From contig JASLKT010000001.1 of the NCBI GenBank assembly GCA_030747395.1, positions 4,661 through 68,660 on the forward strand: 64,000 nt of DNA, given 5' to 3'. The notes beneath the pieces are model-generated. The model searched no databases. It was not told where the DNA came from and worked only from the letters and a program-made list of their open reading frames with translations. The stretch's first letter is position 1, and the number at the start of each line of letters is the position of its first letter. Origin of the DNA: Candidatus Thalassarchaeaceae archaeon. Its GTDB lineage: Archaea; Thermoplasmatota; Poseidoniia; Poseidoniales; Thalassarchaeaceae. This document shows positions 48,136-58,165 of the stretch, one piece after another. The position numbers were made by a program, and so were the translations under genes.

Positions 48136-49752
48136 TCACATTCTAAATATTCCGAAATTTGTATCTGGCATCGGTGCGTTCAAACTGGCACTAATGGCCA
48201 AACCGAGAATATCGCGTGTATCACGGGGGTCGATGATGCCATCATCCCATAATCGCGCTGTGGAATAATACGGAGAACCCTCGGCCTCATATTTCTCAAG
48301 AATTGGTGCCTGGAATGAATCCCACTCTTCATCAGTCATCGGCTCAATCCCTTCACGGGCCCTCTGGTCCTGCTTGACAGTTGCAAGGACATCAGCTGCT
48401 TGTGGACCGCCCATGACAGAGATGCGGCTGTTAGGCCACATGAAGAGGAAGCGTGGGTCGTAAGCACGCCCACACATGCCGTAGTTGCCTGCACCGTGGC
48501 TGCCACCGATGATTACGGTAAATTTGGGTACAGGGACACAGGAAACAGCAGTCACGAGTTTTGCGCCATCCTTTGCAATCCCTCCTGCTTCGTAATCACG
48601 ACCCACCATGAAACCCGTAATGTTCTGTAAGAACACCAAGGGCACTCCACGCTGGCCACACAGTTCCACGAAATGTGCACCTTTGAGTGATGATTCTGAA
48701 AAGAGGATTCCGTTGTTTGCGACAATGCCAACTGGATATCCGTGTATTCGAGCAAAACCGCAGACGAGAGTTGGGCCGTAACGGGCCTTGAACTCGTGAA
48801 AGCGGCTGCCATCGACGATGCGTGCAATAATTTCCCGGACATCGAATGGAGTGCGATTGTCTTCTGGAATGATGCCGAGGATTTCGTCAATGGGATAGGC
48901 TGGATCCTCTGGAGCCTGAACCTCCAATTTCGTCTTCACACCGGTGTTGAGATTCTCAACAATATTTCGAACCATACGCAATGCGCTGGGCTCATCTTCA
49001 GCGTAATGATCCGCCACCCCAGATTGGGCTGTATGAACATCAGCACCTCCCAAATCTTCCGCTGTGACTTCTTCACCAGTTGCTGCCTTGACCAAAGGTG
49101 GACCTGCGAGGAAGATTGTTCCGTTGCCTTTGACGATAATCGATTCATCGGACATGGCGGGTACATATGCCCCTCCCGCAGTGCAGGACCCACAGACCGC
49201 AGCAATCTGTGGGATGCCTTTTCCACTCATAATCGCTTGATTCCGAAAAATACGGCCAAAGTGTTCTTTGTCGGGGAAAACCTCGTCCTGCATCGGAAGG
49301 AATGCTCCACCTGAATCGACCAGATAGATGCAGGGCAGATGATTCGTATTTGCAACCTCTTGAGCGCGAATGTGTTTTTTCACAGTCATCGGGTAGTATG
49401 ATCCCCCTTTGACCGTAGCATCATTGGCTACGAATAGGCATTCTTTCCCATGAACAACTCCAACCCCTGTGACCATACCAGCACTGGCTGCACGGCCATC
49501 ATAGAGGTCATATGCTGCAAGTGGAGATAATTCGAGAAATGGTGTACCGGGGTCACAAATGGCCGAGATGCGCTCACGGGGTAGAGCCTTGCCTCGGCTT
49601 CGATGCTTCTCGACATATTTTCCCCCGCCGCCTTGTTGAACAACGTCAAGTCGTTCACGCAATGTTGCAAGAAGCGAGTTGTTGTGGTCATGGTTCGACT
49701 TGAATGATGCATCCGAGGAATTGACTCGGGTCTGAAGTCGATCCATACGCAC
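48136..49752 (-). CDS. acyl-CoA carboxylase carboxyltransferase (beta) subunit, methylcrotonyl-/propionyl-CoA carboxylase beta family
   Basis: 538 aa, two crotonase-like CT domains. N-terminal [15 protein letters not shown] pattern typical of MCC/PCC beta. Confidence 0.85.
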   Translation of the reverse strand: MRMDRLQTRVNSSDASFKSNHDHNNSLLATLRERLDVVQQGGGGKYVEKHRSRGKALPRERISAICDPGTPFLELSPLAAYDLYDGRAASAGMVTGVGVVHGKECLFVANDATVKGGSYYPMTVKKHIRAQEVANTNHLPCIYLVDSGGAFLPMQDEVFPDKEHFGRIFRNQAIMSGKGIPQIAAVCGSCTAGGAYVPAMSDESIIVKGNGTIFLAGPPLVKAATGEEVTAEDLGGADVHTAQSGVADHYAEDEPSALRMVRNIVENLNTGVKTKLEVQAPEDPAYPIDEILGIIPEDNRTPFDVREIIARIVDGSRFHEFKARYGPTLVCGFARIHGYPVGIVANNGILFSESSLKGAHFVELCGQRGVPLVFLQNITGFMVGRDYEAGGIAKDGAKLVTAVSCVPVPKFTVIIGGSHGAGNYGMCGRAYDPRFLFMWPNSRISVMGGPQAADVLATVKQDQRAREGIEPMTDEEWDSFQAPILEKYEAEGSPYYSTARLWDDGIIDPRDTRDILGLAISASLNAPMPDTNFGIFRM

Positions 49753-49798
49753 CCCTTAGGGGTGCGACTACGAACTTGGCCTTGAACACTCGCCCGTT

Positions 49799-51115
49799 TC
49801 AAACGCCTAGAGTCATTCTGAGAACATCTCTCAACCCAGGGGCTAAACCAACGACCAGAAGGCACAAAATCACTAACAAGCGCAAATGGCGATGACGATG
49901 CTCAAATCGAGCCGTTGCAAAGAGCCACCAAATGATAGCTGCGAGTCCAAACTTTAGAACACCAAAGCCCCAAGCAGTACCTGCAATATCAATGACTTTC
50001 TGTGAAAGAACATGTTTCTCACCATATCCATAGTTCTCCAAGCCCACGCTGGTTGCAAGTCCATCGACCATCTGACCATACATTGCTAAGAGAATAATTG
50101 GAAGGCCAATGGTTGCACGTGGGGTGAGGGCCTCCATTCGTTCCCATGTTGACGAATGCTGACAATCCCAATCGTCCAATGAAACCCCTTCAGGAATGAT
50201 TCCTGGTTCAAGTCCCATGTGATGTAATTCTGATCTTGCTTGTTGCCCAGTAAACCATAGTACCATGCAAAGAAGGAGTGGGCCAATGAGAATCATTATC
50301 ATGGGAATCAGCGAAATGGGGGTGCGATCATTCAAGGGTTCTGTGTAAAGCATGAGCCAACCTGAAAGGTGCATGCAACTTCCACCAAGACCTGTTTGGA
50401 TGAGGCCTTGTTCAATTGCTGTACAGCATTCCAAGAATGGGTGAATTAGAATAATGATTAGTAGGCCTCCAATCGGTGCCACGAATAGGGGTGAAATGAG
50501 TAAAGAAATAGGGTCCTTTTCCCAATGTTGGCTGATGTCAGGCATGAATAATACCATCTGAAGGCAAGTCAAAATGAATGCCAATTGAGTGATGGCTATT
50601 CGATTCTCCGATCCTGCGCTCTTGGACACACTGTGGCACATCCAACCGGTCACAATCACCCAGATGGCTACATGGAAATGAATCAAGGGTGATACGAACA
50701 AGCCACCCAAACCTTCGGGATCAAAAAGACGGCCGTCTTCGTTTACTTCTCCAAGTGAGGCCCAAATGACCCATGGTACAAGCGCGATAATTGAACTGTC
50801 TCTCGCAGGAAGGCCGATACGTCGCAACCAACTAGAAATTACCACAACAAAAGAGACGAGAAGAAGAGAATATGCCAGAGTATCTACTGGATTGTAGCCA
50901 GCATCACCTGTGGTTGAATCCTGTGCATGTGGTTCGATAAAATAGGACTCGTATCCTTCGGAAAGCATGTTGCCGGGTGCGATTTCTTGCCCGGCAATAG
51001 CACCCAATAGTAGAATCACTGCAGTCAAAATCAGTGTGGCAGCACCACGTTCCATCAAAGAAAATTGGTGGTCGGGTAACGGTACCTCGGAAAGGACCGG
51101 GCTATTGTCAGCCAT
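49799..51115 (-). CDS. polytopic membrane protein, unknown
   Basis: 438 aa, more than 10 hydrophobic helices. No recognizable motif. Confidence 0.45.
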   Translation of the reverse strand: MADNSPVLSEVPLPDHQFSLMERGAATLILTAVILLLGAIAGQEIAPGNMLSEGYESYFIEPHAQDSTTGDAGYNPVDTLAYSLLLVSFVVVISSWLRRIGLPARDSSIIALVPWVIWASLGEVNEDGRLFDPEGLGGLFVSPLIHFHVAIWVIVTGWMCHSVSKSAGSENRIAITQLAFILTCLQMVLFMPDISQHWEKDPISLLISPLFVAPIGGLLIIILIHPFLECCTAIEQGLIQTGLGGSCMHLSGWLMLYTEPLNDRTPISLIPMIMILIGPLLLCMVLWFTGQQARSELHHMGLEPGIIPEGVSLDDWDCQHSSTWERMEALTPRATIGLPIILLAMYGQMVDGLATSVGLENYGYGEKHVLSQKVIDIAGTAWGFGVLKFGLAAIIWWLFATARFEHRHRHLRLLVILCLLVVGLAPGLRDVLRMTLGV

Positions 51116-51150
51116 GGGTCTCGCTCAGGTTAACGCTTCAAAGCGATTTC

Positions 51151-51855
51151 TTACTCTTCTTCGCCAACTTGGCGTGCTTCGTGGACTTCACGGAAAACAA
51201 TTGTCTCAACTCCGACATGGTCGCGAAGTGTGCGAATAAGGCTGAACTTGGTAAAAGCCCAATTCTGATCATAAGCAACGAACTCCGGAAGGGTGATTGT
51301 CAAATCATCTCCATCGAAAGTAACTTCGAATCCATCTCGACCAGTATTGGTTTCGAGAAGAGTCGTTACTTTCTCAGCACGATCTTCGACGACCTTGACA
51401 ATGCGGTACTTGTAACGCAGTGTGCGACCAGCGAGAGGGTGATTGAAGTCAATTCGAGCGCGGCCAGCTCGGACCATCTGTAGAATTCCTTGCTTGCCGT
51501 TGATTTCAACAGGGCCGCCGATGGCAAGGCTGTCTGGGTCACGCACGGAGCGCGCTAGAACATCTTGGCCCATCGTTTCAACGGCATTAGGGTCACGTTC
51601 ACCGTATCCGTCCTCAGGTGCAATATCAAATTCGTAATCTGTTTCAGCATCTGCTTCAGCCAAATGAGATTCAAACCCAGCGATGAGGCGACCATCACCA
51701 ATGACTGTGATGAGAGGTTCATATTTGCGATTCTCATCAAACTTGTCTGCCTCTTTAGCAACCGCCTCACGGGTGGTCTCAATGAGGATCTCGTCGTCTG
51801 CATTGTATAGGTCGTAGTCGATATGGACGATGGAACCGTTTTCCATTTTGTTCAC
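51151..51855 (-). CDS. FKBP-type peptidyl-prolyl cis-trans isomerase (long archaeal/SlyD-like type with insert-in-flap)
   Basis: VHIDYDLYNADDEIL...GDGRLIAGFE...DFNHPLAGRTLRYKYRIV FKBP core with inserted flap domain. 234 aa. Confidence 0.8.
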   Translation of the reverse strand: MNKMENGSIVHIDYDLYNADDEILIETTREAVAKEADKFDENRKYEPLITVIGDGRLIAGFESHLAEADAETDYEFDIAPEDGYGERDPNAVETMGQDVLARSVRDPDSLAIGGPVEINGKQGILQMVRAGRARIDFNHPLAGRTLRYKYRIVKVVEDRAEKVTTLLETNTGRDGFEVTFDGDDLTITLPEFVAYDQNWAFTKFSLIRTLRDHVGVETIVFREVHEARQVGEEE

Positions 51856-51935
51856 CTACCCAGCATTGTGGGCGAGCCGGCGACCGACTCCCCCTTTATG
51901 AGCGTGCGTATGGGGAAGCCGCGAGCCCGTAGGGC

Positions 51936-54152
51936 TCATTCTTCCTCTTCTTTCTGGATTGAAGGAGTCATGACCCAATTCAATGCGGTACCAATCAGAA
52001 TCAATGACCATCCTGTCCAAACCAAATGGCTACCCGTCAAATCATAGATAATAACTCGAACTCTATCTACTGAATCGCCCTGTTGCATCGTCACTGATAT
52101 CCACGAGAGATCCTGCGCCTGACTCTGATCAAAAATCATCACAATATCTCCATGCGGACGGTGCCAAATATCCGTTTCAGAACGGGCATTGATACTACCT
52201 TCGTCGAATCTCAGCATCCCTGGTGTCAACGTTGCAATGACATCACCCTCAACTTCCTTTCGTACTTCGACTGTGACGGTTATTTTCCCATCGCCGACGT
52301 TCTCATCCCATCCTTCATCATCGGGACCAATGGCCGTCAATTCGGTAAACGTGTACCAATACTCCCCATGCTCAATGGGAGTATCCTTTGCGAGCATCAC
52401 AATGTGGCTCGGATCTCCACGCTGAACCAGTGTTGTGGTAAACACGTGTCCAACCAACAAGAGAAGGATGCCAAGGTGGGCAACATGAATGGCCATTCGA
52501 CGCAATTGCAATGGTTTTCGACGCAATCGAAATTCACCATATCGAGTCCATACCAATCGAATCATGGGGGGAATTGAAAACAAGAACAAGGGCAAAGCAA
52601 AACCTGCAATCATGCCCCTTGTGATTCCTTCTGCACCACGGAATTCAAGATCTGCATCACCAGGCAATGCATCACCCATCGCATAAGCGAACAAAATGCT
52701 GAGAAGAATCATACTACCCACCAATCTCGGAATTAAATGTGGTTTGACGACCTTACGCCAACTGTAAATTGTAAGTCCAAGTGCTGAAAGGCAAATCAAC
52801 GGTAAACCAAAAATCTCGTGCCATTCCAAATTGGTGCCGTCTACTTCTGCAAGCAACAACAACCAGGTGAGCAAGAGGAAAGGTGCACCAACAGCCAGTG
52901 GGGTCCACAAGACAAGTCGTTGTTGCCAGCGTCCGTCATTCCAATCCAATGGAGGGTCATCTTGATCTCCTAGTAAGAACATGGGGGACAAAAAGCCAAC
53001 CATTCCAATGACGGTTGGAATTACCGATAATAGTGAAGCCCAATAGCTGAAAAGCATCAATGTCACACCCGCTGTCATCCACACAACGCGCTCATTAGTT
53101 GCATATTGGTTTGATAGTAAGAAGGCAAAAACACCCGTCAGAATCCCAACCTCTACCGTGCCCATCCACGACCCGATTAGGCCACCTGCGATGATTACCA
53201 GAGGAGTCCACTCTTGTTCTTCAGAATTTGCGAAGTGACGTATACCCAACCACATCAAACAGAATAGAATGACCAAGTAGAGATGGACCTCAAGCCCTGC
53301 TCCGTCTTGAATACCCAACTCAAGGATGCGTTGAATGGGCCCCATTGAAGGATCTATTTCACCTTCAGCGACGAAAGCATGTACACTGTCCCAAACACCA
53401 TTTGCACGTGTGACCAGTGTGGCATGGATGGCGAAGAATGCGGGTAAAATCCCTAACCCAACAAACCAATGATCTTCATTGGACATACCCTTGGGTAATC
53501 TGAGATGAAGTAGAATAATCAGGGCAATCCATGGCAAAAGAGAGCCCGTCTCTACCGGATCCCATGCCCAATAGCCACCCCAATCCAAAATCGTGTAAGC
53601 CCACAATCCGCCTAGGCCTACACCCAGTGTGCCGACCCATAATGCTGGACGAGCGAGGTGGAGGATTCTGTCTCGCGCGGGCGCGCCCGCATGGAGCATT
53701 GACGAAATAGAGTGCACACCAACACCCACGCACAGTGTGTAAAAGGCGAAAATCACGGGTGGATGAATAACCATCAAATCAGTTTGCAACCAAGCGTTGA
53801 GGCCTGGGCGAGAAATCACATCGCTAGGGGTCGCACGAAATGGTTCCAACATCAGGGCGATAAGGAGGAGAATGGTTGAGAAACCTACTAACAATCGAAG
53901 GCGAAGTTGGTGCTGAGGAACTGTTTCTGTGGGATGTTTCTCACCATCTATTAGAATGAGAGCACCCAACATGGCCACCCACAGGAGTAAGGGACCAGAT
54001 CTCCCTGCCCAAATCGCACTAATTCTGTAGAGAAGTGGTAGATCAGAGCCACCATTACTCCACACATATTCGATGCTAGAGGCATCGATTAGAAACAAAA
54101 ATAGCAGTATGGAGAACGGCAGCATCAATGCGATACCGAGCAGTTTTCTCAT
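51936..54152 (-). CDS. ccmF: cytochrome c-type biogenesis protein CcmF (heme lyase/heme-handling family)
   Basis: WWD tryptophan-rich signature WGGYWAWDPVETGSLLPW, about 15 TM helices. Start trimmed to MRKLLGIALM (ATG 54150-54152), 5 nt after the upstream gene stop. Confidence 0.8.
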   Translation of the reverse strand: MRKLLGIALMLPFSILLFLFLIDASSIEYVWSNGGSDLPLLYRISAIWAGRSGPLLLWVAMLGALILIDGEKHPTETVPQHQLRLRLLVGFSTILLLIALMLEPFRATPSDVISRPGLNAWLQTDLMVIHPPVIFAFYTLCVGVGVHSISSMLHAGAPARDRILHLARPALWVGTLGVGLGGLWAYTILDWGGYWAWDPVETGSLLPWIALIILLHLRLPKGMSNEDHWFVGLGILPAFFAIHATLVTRANGVWDSVHAFVAEGEIDPSMGPIQRILELGIQDGAGLEVHLYLVILFCLMWLGIRHFANSEEQEWTPLVIIAGGLIGSWMGTVEVGILTGVFAFLLSNQYATNERVVWMTAGVTLMLFSYWASLLSVIPTVIGMVGFLSPMFLLGDQDDPPLDWNDGRWQQRLVLWTPLAVGAPFLLLTWLLLLAEVDGTNLEWHEIFGLPLICLSALGLTIYSWRKVVKPHLIPRLVGSMILLSILFAYAMGDALPGDADLEFRGAEGITRGMIAGFALPLFLFSIPPMIRLVWTRYGEFRLRRKPLQLRRMAIHVAHLGILLLLVGHVFTTTLVQRGDPSHIVMLAKDTPIEHGEYWYTFTELTAIGPDDEGWDENVGDGKITVTVEVRKEVEGDVIATLTPGMLRFDEGSINARSETDIWHRPHGDIVMIFDQSQAQDLSWISVTMQQGDSVDRVRVIIYDLTGSHLVWTGWSLILIGTALNWVMTPSIQKEEEE

Positions 54153-54156
54153 CGGT

Positions 54157-55383
54157 TCACCATCCGTAGTACTTCGCACGGCTGTAGCCAAATGCGAGCA
54201 TTGCAGGAACAATTCGACGGAAATACAGGCTGGGTTTTCGAACAAGCAAACGCAACCCAACCATTGCTTTTCCATGTGGCCCCATTGCCGACATCTCTTG
54301 TGGGAAACAGCGTCCCATCAAGGACATCTCGTCATCATTGAGATTGTATAGTGCTGTTTTACCCTTGAGAATCTTATCGTATGGTGGGAATTCCCTCTTC
54401 CAAGCCGCCTGATAAGCAGCTAGGCTTGAGGCTGAAAAATCGCCGGAGTGGATTGAAGATGCTGCGGTTATTGCCGCGAATACTGCGGATTTCAAAGCGA
54501 GATGAGACCCGCCTTCAAACAGAGGTGAGGTGAAGCCGGCAGCATCACCAACAAGCATCAAACCGTCTGCATAAGTTCGTTCATGTGGACCTGAAATTGG
54601 AATCGTACCCCCAAATCCTCTAACGGATACTGAACCGTCCCGCCAAGGGGGATTTGTAATTTCAAGATCAGAGAAATGTGTGGTTTCGATAAACGCATCC
54701 AAGTCTTTCACGAGACCCTTCTTATCCTCACTCACAAGACCAACATTCGCGCGGCCATCACATTTTGGAATCATCCAAAGGTAGCCTTTCTTGGCATATT
54801 TTGGCCATATGTAGAAATCGAGATACCCATCGGTAGGCACATCATGCATTTCGTATTGAATTCCTGCAATTACTTTGGGTCGTTCGTTCAGTTTGGTGAG
54901 TTTTGAACAGACACCTGCAACTCCCGATGCGTCGATGATTATTTTCGCAGTGATGGGGAAAGAATCACCCTTCCCTTCACATTGCCAACCACAAAATTTC
55001 CCATTGGATTCAATGCGATTCATTCCTGTCAATTTGTGACTCAAATTGAGAGTCGCTCCCGCTGCAACTGCTTCATCTGCAATCCATTGCTCAAACAGGT
55101 GCTTTTCAAGGACGTAACCAGGCTCAGAAAGATGCTTCTCAGTCCCATCGGGGAATATGACTCGAATCCCATCAACATGCTTGCTAATCACCGTCTCAGG
55201 GAGGTCCAATCCGAGGTTGGCAACAGCGACGTTAGACAAACATTCACCACAATGAACAGGAGTACCGATTTCAGCGTGGTCTTCGATAAGGATAACCGAT
55301 AATCCTGCTCGAGCAGCATGCAACGCTGCGGAACCTCCGCCAGGTCCAGCCCCGACGACGAGAACATCACACTCGGATGCCAT
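54157..55383 (-). CDS. geranylgeranyl reductase family flavoprotein (digeranylgeranylglycerophospholipid reductase-like)
   Basis: FAD-binding CDVLVVGAGPGGGSAAL, GD-box LMLVGDAAGF. Start trimmed to MASECDVL. Confidence 0.8.
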   Translation of the reverse strand: MASECDVLVVGAGPGGGSAALHAARAGLSVILIEDHAEIGTPVHCGECLSNVAVANLGLDLPETVISKHVDGIRVIFPDGTEKHLSEPGYVLEKHLFEQWIADEAVAAGATLNLSHKLTGMNRIESNGKFCGWQCEGKGDSFPITAKIIIDASGVAGVCSKLTKLNERPKVIAGIQYEMHDVPTDGYLDFYIWPKYAKKGYLWMIPKCDGRANVGLVSEDKKGLVKDLDAFIETTHFSDLEITNPPWRDGSVSVRGFGGTIPISGPHERTYADGLMLVGDAAGFTSPLFEGGSHLALKSAVFAAITAASSIHSGDFSASSLAAYQAAWKREFPPYDKILKGKTALYNLNDDEMSLMGRCFPQEMSAMGPHGKAMVGLRLLVRKPSLYFRRIVPAMLAFGYSRAKYYGW

Positions 55384-55481
55384 TAGAGGGGGATACAGTC
55401 GATACGGGCCTTGAATGCCTCGGTGCCGTAGGCACCGGCGCACGCCCGCTGGATTTGATAGGGGGAACGTTTCCGGCGACC

Positions 55482-57323
55482 ATGGGATGGCGCCGCCTAG
55501 GACGTTACCTCCGCTCGCTGGAGGACAAAGGAGATCTCATCCGAATCACACGCCCTGTTGATTGCTATCTAGAAGCAGGATGTATTGCTGATAAACTCGT
55601 CAAGAACGGTGGACCTGCTGTCATTTTTGAACAACCAAAACTCGCCGATGGAACCATCTCAAAATTCCCTCTAGCCATGAATTTGTATGGAACTCGACGC
55701 CGGACAAATCAAGCATTACGGGTTGAAAAACCAAGTGAAATAGGGGGGAGATTGACCGATCTCATGAAACCCGATATCGGGACCTTTGCCAAGCGCCCAT
55801 GGAAGGCTTGGCCCCTTGCCAAGAAGGCGCTTTCTCTCCCTCCGAAAAAGGTTCGAAAGGGGGCTTGCCAACAGGTGAGAATGTCCAAACCAGATCTAAC
55901 CAAACTACCCATTCCCACAACATGGCCTATGGATGGAGGACCATTCATCACCTTGCCATTGGTCGTCACAAAAGATCCATCCACGAAAGAACACAATTTG
56001 GGAATGTATCGCGCCCAAGTCTATGGCCCAACCGAAGTAGGATTGCATTGGCAAATGCACAAACATGGTGCCGATCATGCTGCTGCAAGCGATGGGAAAA
56101 TGCCTGTTGCAATTTGCTTGGGAGGTCCACCTGAAGTTATGTTCAGTGCAATTGCCCCCTTGCCAGATAATCTTGAAGAGTACATGTTTGCTGGATTATT
56201 GGGACAAAAACGACTCAGAATCACCAAATGTCTAACACAAGATTTGTGGGTTCCCGCAGAAGTAGATGTTGTCATTGAAGGATATACAATACCAGGGGAA
56301 ACGCAAACAGAAGGGCCTTTTGGAGACCACTTTGGGCATTATTCACTTGAGGGAGAATTCCCAGTTCTCCACGTGACTGCAATTACGCATCGGAAAGATG
56401 CAGTGATACCCATGACCATTGTTGGGAAACCACCGATGGAAGATGGATATCTTGGTGAAGCAATAGGTGATGCCTTCCTTCCTGTACTTCGATTCCAACA
56501 TCGTGATGTGCAGAATATGTTCTTGCCATTGGAAACTGGTTTCCACAATCTCGCAATCGTCTCATCTAAGCAACGATATCCGGCTCAAGCACGGAAAACC
56601 GCACTTGGGTTGTGGGGTGCCGGACAAATGATGTTCCTCAAAACCATCGTTGCAACAGGACCCGAACATGATGTCAAAAATCTGGATGCGTTGCTAGATG
56701 TCTTGGATCAAAATGTTTCGATTCCGGATGACTTGGTCGTTCTCGATGGTATGGTCGCTGATCAATTGGCCCATGCTGCACCCTACGAAGGCGTGCACTC
56801 CAAGCTTCTCATCGATGCATCAACACCAAGAAAACAGGGGCATCCAAACATTTCCCTTGATGGAATTGAAGGAATTTCTCAACATCGCTGGATTCGACCA
56901 TCGATGCTGGTCATTACAACTCAAATCGAAGGTGGGCCCTCTGAAACAGAGAATACGGAACTCATAGATGAAGAAGGTGCGAACAGGCAAAGGGGACAAA
57001 TATCCCAATTGATGAATTCAATTTGGCAATTGGAAAATTCAAATAAATTACGCTGGTTATTCATCACAGACGACAGTCTTAACTTGGACTCAGAAGATAC
57101 GATGCGTGTCTTACTGTGGCAACTATTCTGTCGTTTTGAAGTGAGTCGTGATTTACACTACTCGGCTGAAGGAAACAGAATTTGTTGGGATGCCACCGCA
57201 CCGATTCCTTCGACCGAAGGAAAAATGCCCGTACGAAGATGGCCGGCAGTTTGTATCCATGATTCTAGCATTCAAACAAAGGTTGACGAGTGGTATGAGG
57301 AGGAGGTGCGAACATGGGCCTGA
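55482..57323 (+). CDS. ubiD: UbiD-family (prenylated-FMN-dependent) decarboxylase with ~110-aa C-terminal extension
   Basis: N-terminal LRSLEDKGDLIRI...GGPAVIFE, conserved UbiD core. ATG 55482 chosen (family-typical N-terminus, avoids overlap with the divergent reductase). Confidence 0.8.
   Translation: MGWRRLGRYLRSLEDKGDLIRITRPVDCYLEAGCIADKLVKNGGPAVIFEQPKLADGTISKFPLAMNLYGTRRRTNQALRVEKPSEIGGRLTDLMKPDIGTFAKRPWKAWPLAKKALSLPPKKVRKGACQQVRMSKPDLTKLPIPTTWPMDGGPFITLPLVVTKDPSTKEHNLGMYRAQVYGPTEVGLHWQMHKHGADHAAASDGKMPVAICLGGPPEVMFSAIAPLPDNLEEYMFAGLLGQKRLRITKCLTQDLWVPAEVDVVIEGYTIPGETQTEGPFGDHFGHYSLEGEFPVLHVTAITHRKDAVIPMTIVGKPPMEDGYLGEAIGDAFLPVLRFQHRDVQNMFLPLETGFHNLAIVSSKQRYPAQARKTALGLWGAGQMMFLKTIVATGPEHDVKNLDALLDVLDQNVSIPDDLVVLDGMVADQLAHAAPYEGVHSKLLIDASTPRKQGHPNISLDGIEGISQHRWIRPSMLVITTQIEGGPSETENTELIDEEGANRQRGQISQLMNSIWQLENSNKLRWLFITDDSLNLDSEDTMRVLLWQLFCRFEVSRDLHYSAEGNRICWDATAPIPSTEGKMPVRRWPAVCIHDSSIQTKVDEWYEEEVRTWA
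57003..57037. repeat. tandem CAATTG-palindrome element inside the ubiD C-terminal extension (CCCAATTGATG + TTTGGCAATTGGAAAAT, centres 21 bp apart)
   Basis: Read from sequence. Encodes ...QLMNSIWQLENSNKL. Confidence 0.5.
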
Positions 57324-58165
57324 AAGCGATTCTCGAATTTGTAAAAATTGAGCATACGATGTTTTCCCTTCCGTTCGTCTTCATTGGCGCATATATTGCT
57401 GGAGAACCGACCATTATCCAACTGATTTGGATATTGATTGCGGCGGTTGGTGCCCGGGGATTGGCTATGGCTCTGAATCGAATTATTGATCGTGATGTTG
57501 ATTCGAAGAATCCACGAACATCTAGTCGGCACTTGGTCAGCGGGTCAATGTCCCTGAATACTGCGTGGTCATTATGTGCATTATTCTTAGGAATACTTCT
57601 CATCGGTGCTTGGCAATTGAACATGGTGGCTCTCGCAATGAGTTGGCTCCCAGTACTTGCTTTCGTCATTTACCCCTACACAAAGAGAATCACCTGGGCA
57701 TGTCACCTGTGGTTGGGATTGTGTTTGGGTCTCGCCCCAGCAGGAGCTTGGCTCGGAATTGTTGGAGGGGATTTGGGTTGGTCAGCAATTACTGAATTGC
57801 ACTGGTATCCCACGGTTTTCTGGATTAGCCTCGGAGTCATGTTTTGGATTGCTGCATTCGATCTCAATTATGCCTTGATGGATATTGAAAGTGATCGTCA
57901 AAATGGAATCCAATCATTCCCAGCACGATTCGGTGAACAACACACTCTGCGCACAAGTGTACAATTCACTCTCTTGTGGTTTGCATGTTTTGCGATTGCA
58001 AACCCTATCGATAAAGTCACATTTCTCGGTGCAGCACTATGTATGTGTCTCATCAACATGGGTGTAATCATTGGACAAACAAGGATGGCTGATTTCCAGA
58101 AGGCTTTCTTTTACACCAGCGTTTTCACTGGATGGGTGTTGCTTGGAGGACTGATGGCTGCATGA
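57314..58165 (+). CDS. ubiA: UbiA-family aromatic prenyltransferase (4-hydroxybenzoate polyprenyltransferase-like)
   Basis: Asp-rich motifs NRIIDRDVD and a second DxxxD region, about 8 TM helices. 283 aa. 10-nt overlap with ubiD, 4-nt ATGA overlap with uvrB. Confidence 0.8.
   Translation: MGLKAILEFVKIEHTMFSLPFVFIGAYIAGEPTIIQLIWILIAAVGARGLAMALNRIIDRDVDSKNPRTSSRHLVSGSMSLNTAWSLCALFLGILLIGAWQLNMVALAMSWLPVLAFVIYPYTKRITWACHLWLGLCLGLAPAGAWLGIVGGDLGWSAITELHWYPTVFWISLGVMFWIAAFDLNYALMDIESDRQNGIQSFPARFGEQHTLRTSVQFTLLWFACFAIANPIDKVTFLGAALCMCLINMGVIIGQTRMADFQKAFFYTSVFTGWVLLGGLMAA

Noticed and set aside
54153-54275. Longer N-termini for ccmF (54275) and the geranylgeranyl reductase (55443), and for biotin carboxylase (47329)
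   Set aside because: Internal ATGs give family-typical N-termini (MRKLLGIALM, MASECDVLVVGAGPGG, MGGPDW...ILVANRGEIA), remove gene overlaps, and in the BC case are preceded by a GAGGAGTGA Shine-Dalgarno site.
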